From: Camelus dromedarius | Taxonomy: Eukaryota | Reading direction: 5' to 3' | NCBI RefSeq assembly: GCF_036321535.1 | Contig: NC_087437.1 | Span: forward strand, 108,936,001 to 109,000,000 | Length of the DNA: 64,000 bases | In this document: piece after piece, positions 49,040 to 62,200 of the stretch | How the letters are laid out: every line of letters starts with the position of its first letter | How positions within the stretch are numbered: the stretch's first letter is position 1 | Made by a program: the position numbers and the translations under genes | Notes under the pieces: model-generated | Told to the model about the DNA's origin: nothing | Seen by the model: only the letters and a program-made list of their open reading frames with translations | Database searches by the model: none

Positions 49040-50200
49040 TGAAACTTTGTCAAAACTAATTGATCATATTTGTGTAGGTCTAATTTTGGATCCTCTATCC
49101 AAATCTGTCTTTTAATATGTCTAAACTTTCACTAGTACCACATTGTCTTGATTACTGTAACTTTTCTGGAAATCCTAAAATAAAGTAATGTTATTCCTCC
49201 AACTTTATTTTTTTTTCAAAATTGTTTTGAGTATTATAGTTTCTTTGCTAGTCCATGTAAATTTTAAAATTAGTTTGCATATATTTACAAGAAATCTTGC
49301 TGGAATTTTGATTAATATTTCATTGGATTTATTGATCAATTAGGGAGACTTTACATCTTCACAGTGTTGTCTTCTGATCCATGGACATAGTATGTCTTTC
49401 CATTTACTTAGGTCTTCTTTGGTTATTTTCATCTGTGTTTTGTAGTCTTCAGCAAATAGATCCTGTACATGTTTTGTTAGATTTATACCTATTTATATTT
49501 TTGGAGCTATTGTAAATGGTGGCATGATTTTAATGCTGGTTTTCAACTGTTTATTGCTAGAAGATGGAAATACAATTGCCTTTGCATGGTGATCCTGTAT
49601 CATGTGACCATGATAAACCTACTTATTACTAGGAGTTTTATTGTTGTTGTAATTGTTGTTTTTGTTGACACCTTGGGAATTTCTATGTAGACACTCATAT
49701 CATCTGCAAATAAGGGCAGTTTTATTTGTTTCCAATCTGTAAGCCTTTTGTTTATTGCCTTATTGTAAAGGTTACATTTCTAGTATAATGCTGAATAAAA
49801 ATAGTGGATTGAATATCCTTGGCTTGTTTCTTACCTTAAGGGAAAAGCACTCAGTTTTTCACCATCAAATATGATATTATCTGAAGGTTTTTTTGCAGAT
49901 GCCCTTTATCAAGTTTAGGAAGTTTGATTCTATTCCTAGTTTGCAGAGAGGTTTTTGTTTTAAATCAGGATTTAAAACAAGAATTCATTGCATTTGTTTT
50001 AAATCAAGAATTCACTGAATTTTGTCAAATGCTTTTCTGATCAGTTGATATGATCATGTGGTTTTTCTTCTGTAGGCTCTCAATATGCTGGACTCCATTG
50101 ATTGACCCAAATTTGCATTTTCAGGATAAACCCCACTTAGTCCTATAATGTAAATCTTTTTATATATGGCTGGATTTTATTTGATAATATTTTGTTATTT
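49040..50200 (-). mobile_element. Old L1 ORF2 fragment
   Basis: CATTGTCTTGATTACTGTA...GCTGGAATTTTGATT...CATCTGCAAATAAGG...GGATAAACCCCACTT. Confidence 0.85.
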
Positions 50201-50204
50201 ATTT

Positions 50205-50400
50205 GGTTTGCTTGCATATTTTCATTTAATTCTTATAGTAATCCTGTGAATTAAGCAGTATCTACAGTTTATAGAGAAACATAACGAGGCTTGCGAGGGT
50301 TAGCAATTTGCCCAAAGTCACACAGCTAATAAGTGCAGAGCCAGGAATTTGATATATGGCTTTCTGAATCCAAAGTTGTTCTCTTTCCACTCTATCACCA
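50205..50400 (-). mobile_element. MIR
   Basis: TTGCCCAAAGTCACACAGCTAATAAGTGCAGAGCCAGGAATTTGA. Confidence 0.7.
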
Positions 50401-51429
50401 AACTTGGGATTTAGAAAGAGAGAGTAAGAGAGCCACAAGTACTTTTAAATGTGGTTATTCCTCCAGTGTAGATAAATTGCCCTTCAGAGTGTAAAGGTTT
50501 TCTGGATGTGTTGTTAGAGACATTAGAGAATTGGAGAAACGAAAGAAGCCTAGCAATGTGCAAATGTTTAAAAAAATAGATTTGAGATGTTTAGAACCTT
50601 TTATTAAAAGATGATTGATGAAATCTTGGAACTGATATATGTTGACTAAAATAGGTAAAAATAAACTTCATTTTCTTTTATGATAGATATGCTGTTTTAT
50701 GATCACCATAAAACAGTAGAAAAAGTATATGCTTATTGGCTCTGGGATCCCCAGTTATCAGCATTGGACCAAAATCCACATAGGAATAGACAAAGTAAGA
50801 AACAGCTTCAAGTCAAAACTAACTTTGATAACCAATAAGGACAACACTGTCTAGAAGAATTATCAGACCTCATCCAAGTCCATCCAAGTTCATTTTCCCA
50901 TGACCCAGGCAGCTGTCCTCCATGTCTATAAGCATTGCATCTACCACATCTTATAAGATCTATATTGTGTGCTCCTTTCATACATCCCGAATTATTTCAC
51001 AATATTCCTAAGGGTGTGAAAAAGCATATTTCCTAGAAACATGGACATTTTCTAAAGAGATAAAAATTTCTGCATTCTCGATCATTTACACATGATTTGA
51101 TGTTGTGCCCCACTCTTTGAGCCCTGTGGTTTCTTTATGGACGCTTTCTACTGGTGTTTTTGTGATTGGTTCCTCCTTTGGCTTTCTTATCAATTAGCTC
51201 TCTGTACAGTTCTTTTTCTTCTTCTCGTAGAAGTAATTACAAACAGCACAAATAAACACTTGTCAATCTTTATTATTGTATTGCATTGGGTTAAGCTTGT
51301 CTAGATAAACTTATGAACTAGATGGAGACATGTGGGATGGCTGGTGCTACAAACAGATGATTCTTCAGGAAGTTGGACCATCATATGGAAGGAAATAAAT
51401 CAAGGGAGTTCAACCTGGCAGGGAATTTC

Positions 51430-52300
51430 TCCAGACATGCCACAGTCCTTTGTTCTTGGACTTTTCCTGTGAAAAATTTTATCAGTGGCTTGGGCATAAA
51501 CATAAAAGCTGTGTTTATAAAATTTACAAATCTCTAATTTGTGAAGCTGGGGGTAAAATATGAGAGGTTCGAAATGATCTCACCAGGCTGGACAACAGGC
51601 TATAAAATGACATGAAATGTGTTAGTCCCTATTGCCAGCTTCAAAAGGTTAATTTTACAATGATCCACAGAAACATTTTTGACAGAAGTTTTTGAGAAAG
51701 CAAAAAATAAAACATAGACAAATCTGTCAACTGTGAATTTTCTGTGAGACCAAAATACCACACGACTTCCAAAAACATAACACAAGCTTATAGTGCAGAT
51801 ATTGCCCAGATGATCTAAACGCCATGTTTTATACTGCTTTATATTCCCACTGTCTTGCACATAATAAGTTCTTAGTTATTGTTTGTTGAATAACAACTAT
51901 AATGGCCAAGACATATCTGGAATATTGCATTAAACTTTGACTCTCACATTTTAAAGATAAGTTGCTAAGCTGGTGTGCACACAAATAATGATGGCCCAAC
52001 TGGGAGGGTCTGAAAACGATGTACTAGCAGGTAGAATGGAAGAATTAGGAATGTGCAGAAGAGAAGATTAATGGGAGACAGGCTCATTATTTTGGTCCCG
52101 ACTTGTTTTATCTTGTCTCAAGGAGAGAATTTGTTGATATTATAGGGAGGCAGCTTTAAACTCAATATTAAGAAGAACTTTCTATAATTAATGGAGGCAA
52201 AGATGTGGACTATTGAATGACCACTTGTGAAGGATGTTGCAGAGGGAACTGATAGATAATGTGTGGTGATTTAGCCCAAATGGCCTTTCCAACTCAAAGA
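51430..52300 (+). mobile_element. CR1/L3 LINE reverse-transcriptase remnant
   Basis: Degraded RT motifs in order: ATAAAATTT...AAGCTGGGGG (KF..TKLGG), ATCTGGAATATTGC (LEYC), GAAGAATTAGGAATG...GAAGATTAATGGGAGAC (ELGM...RLxGD). Confidence 0.65.
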
Positions 52301-53056
52301 ATTGACGTTAAGTAATAAGATTTAGCCTAATTCTTTGAAAAATGGTCATAAATGTGCAGGATATGTGCATTTTTCTATTAACAACAATACTTCACTAAAA
52401 GACCTTTTGTTTTCACTGATTTAGGCAAGCAACAGGATCTTTACTTCTTTCTTATTAGACTACATTTTCATTTTTTCAATTAAGGATCATTAGATATTTA
52501 TGTTACTAATATCCATTTCTTGTCAAAATGTAACCATCTCTCTGCTGGTTTTTTGAGCCCTTAAATATTTTTTCTGAATTTAAAAAGTGATTCTACAGCA
52601 GTTTTTCATATTCAGATCATTGTGATTATTTGCAAGTCCAGTAATATGTTTCTGTTTCTATGTACTTTACATTTTTTTCGCATATATAAGTGAATATTGA
52701 CAATTAAATTTTTTAAAATGCTTGTTTTTATTACTTAATGACCCAAGCAGTTCAATGATAAAAAGTGGAGTCCAACCAATTGCCTGCCATCACAATAATT
52801 TAATGTAACACATTTCAATTTGCTAACAACACAAATCAGCAATTTGCTATTTAGTGTATTTACCACCATATCTTTAACATTGTTTTACCCTTGATCCCTG
52901 GGATACTGTTTTCTGGCTTCTTCCCCAGCTGCCCCTCCCTCATTCTTATCTTAATTGTGGCCCTACTTGGTCAGACCTTGTCATTCTCTTGTCTCTTCAT
53001 AATTTTCTCCTTCGAGATCTTATCTACTTCCACTCCTTATGTGGAGGAGCCCCATT

Positions 53057-53772
53057 ATAATTTTTTTTAATTGAAATATAGTTTATTTACATATATATAT
53101 GTAAATAATATATATATATTCTTTTTTGTGGTTCTTTTCCATTATAGGTTATTGAAAGATATTGAATATTGTTCCCTGTACTATACAGTAAATCTTTGTT
53201 ATTTATCTTTTTTTAAAATATAGTGGTATGTATCTGTTATTCTCAATCTCCTAATTTGTCTCTCCCCCATTTTCTCCTTTGATACCCATAAGTTTGTTTT
53301 CTGTTTCTGTGAGTCTGTTTCTGTTTTGTACATAGATTCATTTGTATTATTTTCTAAATTCTACACATAAGTCACATCATACAATATTTGTCTCTCTCTG
53401 TCTGGCTCACTTCACTCAGTATGATAATCTCTAGGTCCAACCATGCTGCTGCAGATGGCAATACTTTATTATTTTTTATGGTTGAGTAATATTCCATTGT
53501 GTACATATATCACATCTTCTTTATCCATTCATCTGTGAATGGACACTTAGGTTGCTTCTGTGTCTTGACTACTGTAAATAGTGCTGCTATGAATATTGGG
53601 GTGCATGTATCTTTTTGAATTAGAGTTTTCATTTTCAGATATCTGCCCAGGAGTGGAATCATATGGTAGCTCTATTTTTTATATTTTTAAGGATTCTCTC
53701 TACTGTTTTCCTTAGTGACTGTACTAAATTGCATTCCCACCAACAGTGTGGGAAGTTTCCTTTTTCTCCACA
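53057..53772 (-). mobile_element. L1 3' end (cetartiodactyl/camelid type) inserted in an L2
   Basis: Perfect 15 bp TSD TGGAGGAGCCCCATT (53042-53056 and 53773-53787). Confidence 0.88.
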
Positions 53773-53964
53773 TGGAGGAGCCCCATTTTCCCCCTCCCAG
53801 TTCTTTGCTTGGGAGCCCTATTGAAGTTAACAGATCTAACATCCAACTCATTTGCTTTTTCTTCAAAACTAAACTTTGGATCTTCTCTGTTTCTGCCATG
53901 ATACAACCCCTCTCTCAGCCATCAAAGCTCAGAATTGATCCCAGTCTCTTTTCTCCCTGCTTGG

Positions 53965-54145
53965 GGAGGTAGCATCCTACAATGGTTAGGAGAACAACTT
54001 CTGACCCTGGCTTTCTAGGTTCAAACCCCAGCCCTTCCCTTTCCAGTTGCACAGCTTGAACAAGTTGTTTAGCCTTCTAATGCTTCATTTTTCACAACTG
54101 TAAAATGGGGTTGATAGTAACCTAATCAGATCAAGTGTTAAGGAC
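53965..54145 (+). mobile_element. MIR
   Basis: GGTTCAAACCCCAGC...TTGAACAAGTTG...CTGTAAAATGGGGTTGATA. Confidence 0.65.
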
Positions 54146-54345
54146 TTATAGCCTCAAATTCCAGGCAGACTGTGTCATAATTTCAGTTATTCAGACATGG
54201 TTCTGGTGAACTGTGCATTTTCACAAAACATAAAGTGTGAAAGAAAGATTATGTTTAGTTTTTAAGTGACTCTCCAGTGGTGAGTTTTTTGTTTATGGAT
54301 GTCCACATTGGGGTATGAAGGTCACCTGTGGAAGACTTGATATAC

Positions 54346-54731
54346 TGTACCAGTTTGCGAGGGCTGCCCTAACAAAGTGCAAAGACTGCGCAGCTTAAAC
54401 CACAGACACTTATTTCCTCACAGTTCTAGAGACTAGAAGGCTGAGATTAAGGTGTTGGCTGTATGGGTGTCTCCTAAGGCCCTTCTCCTTGGCTTGTAGA
54501 CGGCCGTCTTCTTCCTGTGTCTCCACATGGTCTTTCCTCTGTGTGGTCTGCGTCCTAATCGCCTCTTCTTATAAGGACATCAGTATTGAATGAGGACCTA
54601 CCCTATCAATCTCATTTTACCCTAATCACCTCTTTACAGGCATTTTCTCCAAGAACAGCCACATTCTGAGGGACTAGGGGTTAGGGCTCCCGCATGAGGA
54701 TTTGGGGGAGAACAAAACTCAACTCACAGCA
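54346..54731 (-). mobile_element. MLT1B-like MaLR solo LTR
   Basis: TG...CA ends with a perfect 5 bp TSD TATAC (54341-54345 and 54732-54736). CTCTTCTTATAAGGACA motif. Confidence 0.9.
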
Positions 54732-56407
54732 TATACCCTATCTGAGGTCTTAACTAATGTAGGACTAGTTTGGAGGTTATTTCTTAGTGCCCTGGCAATT
54801 AAGATATTTTTGATTGTCTTTTTATTATTTACTTATAATTTTATTAATTAGGATCAAATATATAATGTAGCCTATAAAAATCTATACTTCAGTGTTTGTT
54901 AAAGTTTTTTTTTTTTGAAACAGGACACGTATATTTTGCTATTTCCCATGAGGTAATCTAAAATAACCTGGGGAGTCTAGGTAGTTTTTAAGCAGTTACT
55001 TTTCTGGTTTTCATCACGACTTCTTGAATGCACGGAAATGAAACTCAAACTTGCCAGTTTGTCTTTCTGATGCCAGCTTTGCTTGCTCTTCTTGGGGAGG
55101 GTGATTTTGAAACTAGGAAAGGTTTCTGGATTATGTGGGAGCCATGCTGACTCTGGGACCCCCATCATGCCTTGTGATCAAGAGTTGGCTATAAAGTTAC
55201 TACTCTGGACAAAGACTGAATTTCCATTCTAACGTCCATCCTAACACCAGTATTGCTCTGATATGTGGTGCATTATTGTGTGAAGCTTAAAATCAGTCCA
55301 TTTAATATTTTCCCTTTTGTAGATGGGTTTTAGTTCTTTTAAGAAACAGGTTCATGGCGTAGGGTGGCAACCTGAGGTGAGGGGACCGGGGGAGTAGAAA
55401 GAGTCACAGGGAATTTGCTTCTAAAATGACTGTGCTCTCAAGTACCCTCCTGTGTCTGCTTTGGCTTGCTTTGCAGAGGAAAAGCCCAAGTTACATGGTG
55501 TCACAATGCCTATCTAGTTTCTCATTCTCTCTTAATTTTCACATAGGTTTTGGTTCCTATTAAATAGCCTGGTGATAGAATCACTTTCAGAAGGATTCAG
55601 ATGCTTCAGTGATTCTTTGAAACCCTTTAACTCACACCATTGTTTGAGTTCTGTCACAGCTCACTAAGCCCCGACAGCTATTCTGAGGTTATGGTTATTG
55701 TGTGGTTTATGCAAAGAGAAACTCTGGTCACGGTCAGTCCAAGGGAGCAAAATTATGCACCATGAGAGGCCATCAGAAGTGACTAAATGGACCCAACAGA
55801 ATACCAGAGGAGCATTTCCTCCTGTGAACTTCATCATTTGGTGACATCTAAACGCGTGCAAGTGATAAAGGAAGGAACATCTCCCACTGGATCCTGAAAC
55901 TGATTGTAGAAGGAAGTCAGGTTGCTCTTCTGAGAGCTGAAGATGTCTTTTTACGATTGCATGTGTTACGTTTTTGCTGAATGGGTATTTAGAATCTGAT
56001 TTGGGAGGAAATGAAAGAATGGCAACTGGCAAGGATGAGGGAAGTCTACAGAAATTTGCGCTTTCGTGTGTTTCTAAGATCTTTATGTCAATCCAGTGTT
56101 TTTTAAAACAGCACTCTTGTCTCCCTACAAACATTTCAAATGAGTCCTTTGCTCTGTTTCTCATATGAAAACCTAACTTAACAGCACCCACCACAGCCAA
56201 GTCCTTTGTTTTCATTATTTGTCAGTAACTGTTTTTGTAAAGCACTTCCCTCATCTTCCTTCCTCTTCTGGCCCCTTTCCACTCCGCCCACCTGCCTTCC
56301 CTATCCCCAGTCCCAAATGGACAGTGATGGATTTTACTTACACTTTACGGAATTCTCATTAGGGAAGCTCCTCACCCCTGGCAATGTAATTGACTTCCAG
56401 AATTCTT

Positions 56408-56760
56408 TTTTTTTTTTTTTGGTATTTATAAATGTATTTTTATTGAAGTATAGTCAGTTTACAATGTTATGTCAATTTCTAGTGTACAGAACACTACTTC
56501 AGTCTCACATGAACATACATATATTCATTTTCATATTCTTCTTCACCGTAAGTTACTGCACGATACTGAATATAGTTCCCTGTGCTATACAGTATGAACT
56601 TGTTTATTTTATAAATATTAATTAGTATCTGTAAATCTTGAACTTCCGGTTTATCCCTTCCCACCCCTATTCCTCCCTGGTAACCATAAGTTTATTTTCT
56701 ATGTCTGTGATATCACTTATACGTAGAATCTTAAAAAAAAAAAAAAAAAAAAGACAAGCG
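56408..56760 (-). mobile_element. Young camelid L1 with 5' inversion (twin priming)
   Basis: 16 bp TSD GACTT(C/G)CAGAATTCTT (56392-56407 and 56761-56776). Inverted segment at ~56708-56760. Confidence 0.88.
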
Positions 56761-58656
56761 GACTTGCAGAATTCTTAAATATGAAGTTTAAATAGTTTGG
56801 AGATCACACGGTTTGATTTTTTTCCCCCCACATGCAGATAATATCTGTACAACAGAGTCTTATACCCTTCTTCTTTTAGGAAATTTAGGTCATTATCTTG
56901 GGCTGATCACTTGTCACTGGCAACAAGGTTCATAGCCTTTCCTGTTGTAGTCACACCTTCCATCTGCTGACCTGGATGGGACACAAGGGGTTCCTGCAAA
57001 GCCCTTGTATTTGTGGTAGCACAGGCCAGTGTGGGGACTAAAGGGCTCTCACCAGAAGATGGGAAGTTTGGCCGTCAGGCCTGCCTCTGTCATGCTCTCA
57101 CTGGCTGTGGCCTTGGGTGGGTCATTTCTCCTCTTCCATAAAAGTAGGAGACTGGCCTGATGGAGGGAACTGGCTCTAACGTCCTGGCCAGCTCTAGCTG
57201 CTCCATGATAGGACATCCTGGAAAATCCTTGTTTTCCTTGTGATGAGCTTTGCCTTCCATGAGTTTAGTCTGCTCATCTTTTCCCAGACTTTTAAGTCCC
57301 GGAGGGTGAGTCACCCCCTCCAGTTGATATAGCCAAAAAGTGAATTGTCTTTGCTATTAATCATCTGGAGAATAACTCACTCTGGAAACAGTAGACACCA
57401 TCTCTGGTTGCACCACAGCTCATGGCTGGCTGTTCTCACAAGGCCTGGCCCTCCTTCCCACCCTTCACTGAGCTGGGCCTGCCAAGGATTGGGGCGTAGC
57501 CCCTGCAGTCTGCTGGAGGTCTGCTTCCCAGCCCTGTCTGTCCTTCCTGGATTAGGCAGCAGCATTCTAGGAACAAATCCCCTCTGCCTAGTCCTGCTTT
57601 TCTTCCATCCAACTCATTTTCTGAGCCTCACAGTTCTCCCCTCCTTGCTGATCCTGGCAAGACAGAGTTTGTCAGGTCCTGTAAGTTCCTGTGGCCTGTC
57701 CAGGTGGTTAGGACTTTGGTTGCTCTTGGCTTCTTCTCTAGGTATCTTTAAGTGCTTTTAAATGATTTGAAAAACATGCTCACATTGAGTTTTAAAGTAT
57801 CTGCAGTTGCACCCAAGGCGACTGGCTTAGCACTAGAGTTGTCAAATGGCCCACAAACAAACAAATTCAAAGGAAGGGGTGGGGCCATAAAGGCAGTTGC
57901 AGAACTGGGAGCCCAAAGAAGCAGTTTCTGTTTAGGGCTCTCTCATAGCCTTGCCTGTGTTCATTCTCTGGACTTCAGGAATGGAGGACAAATTAACTGG
58001 CTGTGGAGTCCAAGAAATGGGTCCTAGTGGGGCAACTATAAACATATGATGTGTCCCTTCCTTCAAGTCTGATCTATTTCATGACCACTCCCAGAATTGT
58101 GGAATAGTTAATTATGACTTGCCAGGATAACTATGGCTTATGTCATAGCAACCCAGCTCTTCTAGGATGGTACAATTATTCTTTCATCCCTGGTATTTCT
58201 GACTGCAGATGACATAGGGCTTGAACCAATCCTATCTAATCTCCTTTGGTTTATCTTTAGAATGAAATCCAAGCCCCTTAAGGGATGGGATGCCTGCCCT
58301 TCCAGTTGGGATGCTGATCTCAGTGAAGTTGTGTTACTGCTTTGTGGTATCAGATATATTAGTCAGTTTTGCTGCAGTAACACACAGTCCTCAAATCCCA
58401 GGGGCTCATACTAACACATTTTCATTTCCGTTTGCATTACATGGTGATGTTTGTGCATCAGTTGCTACAAATCTGTTCCAAGGATCTCCTCTTTCCAGGA
58501 ACCAGCAAAAGAGCAGTGCTTCATTGGGACATGCTATTTTTGTGGCAGAAAGAAAAACAGAATTGGCTGAAAAATGTGATTCTTCAGAGTGTTTGCTTGG
58601 AACCAGCACACTGTCACCTCTGCTTACATGTCATTGGAATACAGGAAAAATGAATG

Positions 58657-59297
58657 TGTGACTAAAGGAGGGCCATGTCCCAGGTCTCAGTTGAGTCCCT
58701 GGGATGTGCCCCACCAAGTGTGGGTCCTTGGCTTCATGCAGGAAAGAATTCAAGAACGAGTCACATTTGAGTAAAGATCAATTTGTTTAGAGAGATACTT
58801 GCTACATACAGTGTCAGCTGTTTCAGAAGGCAAGAAAAAGTCCACAAGGTGTGGAGGTCGGATGCTTAGGTTAAAGTTGAAGTAGGTACACACTCCACAG
58901 ACAGAGTGAGGGCTGTCTCTGAAGAGGAGGGAATGAGAGGCAGCAAAGTGCAGGGTTGTTAGTTTTTATGGGCTCAGTAGCTTCATATGCTGACAAGTGG
59001 GAGGATTATGCCAGCTACTTTTTGAGGAAAGGGCTGGGATTCCCAGGAATCGGGCCACCGCCCACTCTTCGACTCTTTGTGATTAGCCTCGGGACTGTCA
59101 TGGCGCCTGTGGGCACGTTATTATCATGCTAGTACATTACAGTGCATATATAATGAAGCTCAAGTTCCACTAGAAATCAAATCTTCTGCCATCTTGTGCC
59201 TCAAGGCCTACCGGGAGTTGAATCTTCCACTGTTTTGGTGTTAACTGCTGTGTCTTTCCTTGAATGGCTGTGCCCTGCCCTCTTCCTTCCTGTCTCA
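58657..59297 (-). mobile_element. ERV1-class solo LTR (~640 bp) nested in an old MLT1-like LTR (~58350-59460)
   Basis: TG...CA termini (TGTGACT...CCTGTCTCA) and TTGGCTTCATGCAGGAAAGAATTCAAG motif. The host continues ACATGTCATTGG / CTCAGACATGTCACATGGCC. Confidence 0.7.
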
Positions 59298-62200
59298 GTT
59301 GGCTCAGACATGTCACATGGCCAAACCTGGTAACATGACAGAGAAGTTATACTCCATCTGTAGAGAGGCACTCTGAGTCACCTGGAAATGGGCTGGGATG
59401 TGTAATCACCTTACAGGGAGGAGAGCCAAGATGGGGAACAATACCATAATTCACCACAACAGGCTGACATGTAAGTTCATGAGAAAGGCGAGGCTCTGTA
59501 CAGAAGCCTCTGATCCGTAAAGTTATCTTTCCTATCCTCGAGGGCTGTCATAGAAAGGAGAGAGAAGGAGATCTCTTTGGTTTTCAAATTTGGGAAGGCC
59601 AACACCAGCATTCCTTTTAGGAGATGAAGTCTGACTCTAGCTCCCTTGCGGTTCCCTGATTCCTGCCTTAGATCGTGTCTTCTGGACTGTAGGCTGCTTC
59701 CATTTGTTGGACTTCATTTTTTGATTTCATTTGGTGACTTTGGTGTTGATAAAAGTCCACTTTGCCCTTCTTTTGGCTGACTCTGGAATAGTGCTGTCGC
59801 AGCTGCAAAATCACTGTGGTTTGGAGCCAGGCCAGAAGATGGAGGAATCAGCATAAACAGAGACCCGGGCACCAAGACAAGTTGAAGAAGTAGAAGATGG
59901 AAGAAAAGTGAGATGTAAGACTAAATGCATCTATTTGTATAATTTCAATTAATTATTTGATTGGTTGAATGATTAATTTAGTAAGAACACTTAGTGGGTC
60001 TATTTCCTTGATTTCAGAGGGATTATAGAAAGTAACATTTTCACTCACTTTCCAGAGGTGGATTTTTTTTTTTTTTTTTTTTTTGCTGTTTTATCAAGGC
60101 ATCTCTTTTACGGAACATATAGTTTAGATGGTGAAACTATTTTTCTTGACTTTTAGACTTTCTTGAAAGTCTAGAGGAGGATGGGTATTGTTACCTGTGG
60201 CCATAAAGAATTCTTATTGAAAAACTTTAAATAGGAGAAAAATCTGATTTCAGTGTAGAATAAGCAGAGAATGTCCCTCTCTTGCAAAAATTAAAATGAT
60301 TTCCAGTATACGCAAACTATCTTTGCTGATCAAGGAAAATAAACCCTCCTGTAATTGTTTCTTCTTACTGTAACATATAATGTCAGTAAAATATTTTACC
60401 GTATCTGCATGCAAATTGGCATCCAAACTAGTGGTCTTTTATTCAGAAACGGAATTGCATGGGGACATCTCCTTAAACACTTCCCTTTCATCATCCAGGA
60501 TTACATGTGTCAGTTTCTTAGTCTGATCCCCTCTTGGATCTTGGGGCTTGAAAGAGATTGCTTGGACCCCCAGCCATTGTCTATCCACCTCCCCTCCCCG
60601 GCTCCACGTTTCGTGCAATGCCTGGCATTTGTGTTGAATGGAATGCGTAATTAAACACGTGGTTGAACAAAGCACACGATCTAGTTCCAGAAAGGAATAG
60701 AACATCTAATGCAGACCAGTTAGTAGAGGGGAATGACTGCCCAGGTCTCCCGGCTTCTTTCCTTGGCGTCTCTGCCTTTGGTGCTCAAATACCTCCTGGA
60801 GCTGCAGCTACCGTGCTAGGACTCCCTGCCTTTTCCACTCTCAGATCCAAGCAATGACACCCTCACCTTTTCTTACTCCACGTTGGCACTTTTGGGTAGA
60901 ACCCAATCTCTTCAAAAAGAATGTGATTAAAATACCAAGGGAAAAATATGAAAAGAAAGGAAAAACAATATTCATACCCATCCATACAAAAGATGAAAAA
61001 CCGTAGCTGCCACTTAATAGATGTTTTCTTGTGTGCCGGATTCTGTGCAAAGGCTTCTCCAGACATGAAGAGAGGGACTGTTCTCTCTGCTCTGGAGATG
61101 CAGAACTCAGGGCCAGAGAGAGTTATTACTTGCCCAGCACCCCACCATTGGCCAGTGGTGAAACTCAGATGAGAACAATGATTATTTGATTCCACAGCTC
61201 ATGCTTTGAAAAGAAGATACTGCTAAGAAAAAAAAAATGACTCTAGTTTATGCACCAAAGAGATTGATTTAGCATAAAAATGCTCTTTCTTAAGATTCAG
61301 CCACTGGTTGGGTTGGCATTTTTACAGTCTAGCTGCCTGGGTTTTCTGCCCACACCTCTAGCAGCAGCCCTTGTACCACTTACACACTGATTTGTGGCAA
61401 AATGAGCGCATCTCTTCTTCTTCATAGTTTTTTTTTCTGGGGCGCCCCCGCCTATATACCTCACACCCCTCCTCAACCTAGGCTTTCCCATAAAGTATGT
61501 CGGCAGGTAGAGAGTTTCAACCTCTTAACTGTAAAGCAGTGGTTATTGATACCGTAGAAATCCAAAGCTTGATTGGTCTGTCTCATTTTAATTTCCAATA
61601 TTTTCCACTTTCTTAGTTTCTCTATGTATCATTAGGTCCCTTAGTGCCTTTATTTCACCAATGAAAGGAGTAGCTTCTCAGAATTTGGCTTGTATAATAT
61701 AAATATATTTGACAATTACGTACTTACAATGAGGACGTTTTCCTCTAAAAAGAATTATGCTAACACACTTGATATAATTATGATGTTTGTTCTTCACTGT
61801 TTATACCCCCTTCTAAAAATATGCACTGTGCATTAGGGGATAGTACAATCTATCCAACAGCAAGAAAAACTTATTCTGAGTGCTGCAATTATGTCAGTTA
61901 TGTCATGAAACCCTGAATTGTGGCTCTCTGTCAAAATGGGCTATAACTCCTTAGACACGCAGGAGATGATGAATTTCCAAGATAACTCACTGAAGTGTCT
62001 TTGTTGAGCTGACATATTTGAGATACCTTACACGGTAGACAGGTTCTCAGTATGCAACGCATCCCTGAGCAGGAGGCACTGGGGGTTTTGCTCAACTGCT
62101 TCACATTCAGATGAGTTGCTGATTATTTCGTTGGCCATATCAAATTAATCCTTTCCCCTTGAGTGGCAGCATTCATTTAAAAATATTTGTTGAATGCTTT

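Noticed and set aside
55664..56215. 183 aa ORF, the longest in the window
   Set aside because: No recognisable homology, codon pattern or splice context; consistent with a chance ORF, though not searched.
61438..61460. GC box directly followed by TATATA, also resembling a partial CTCF motif
   Set aside because: Spacing is atypical for a promoter, there is no CpG island, and a single short motif is insufficient.
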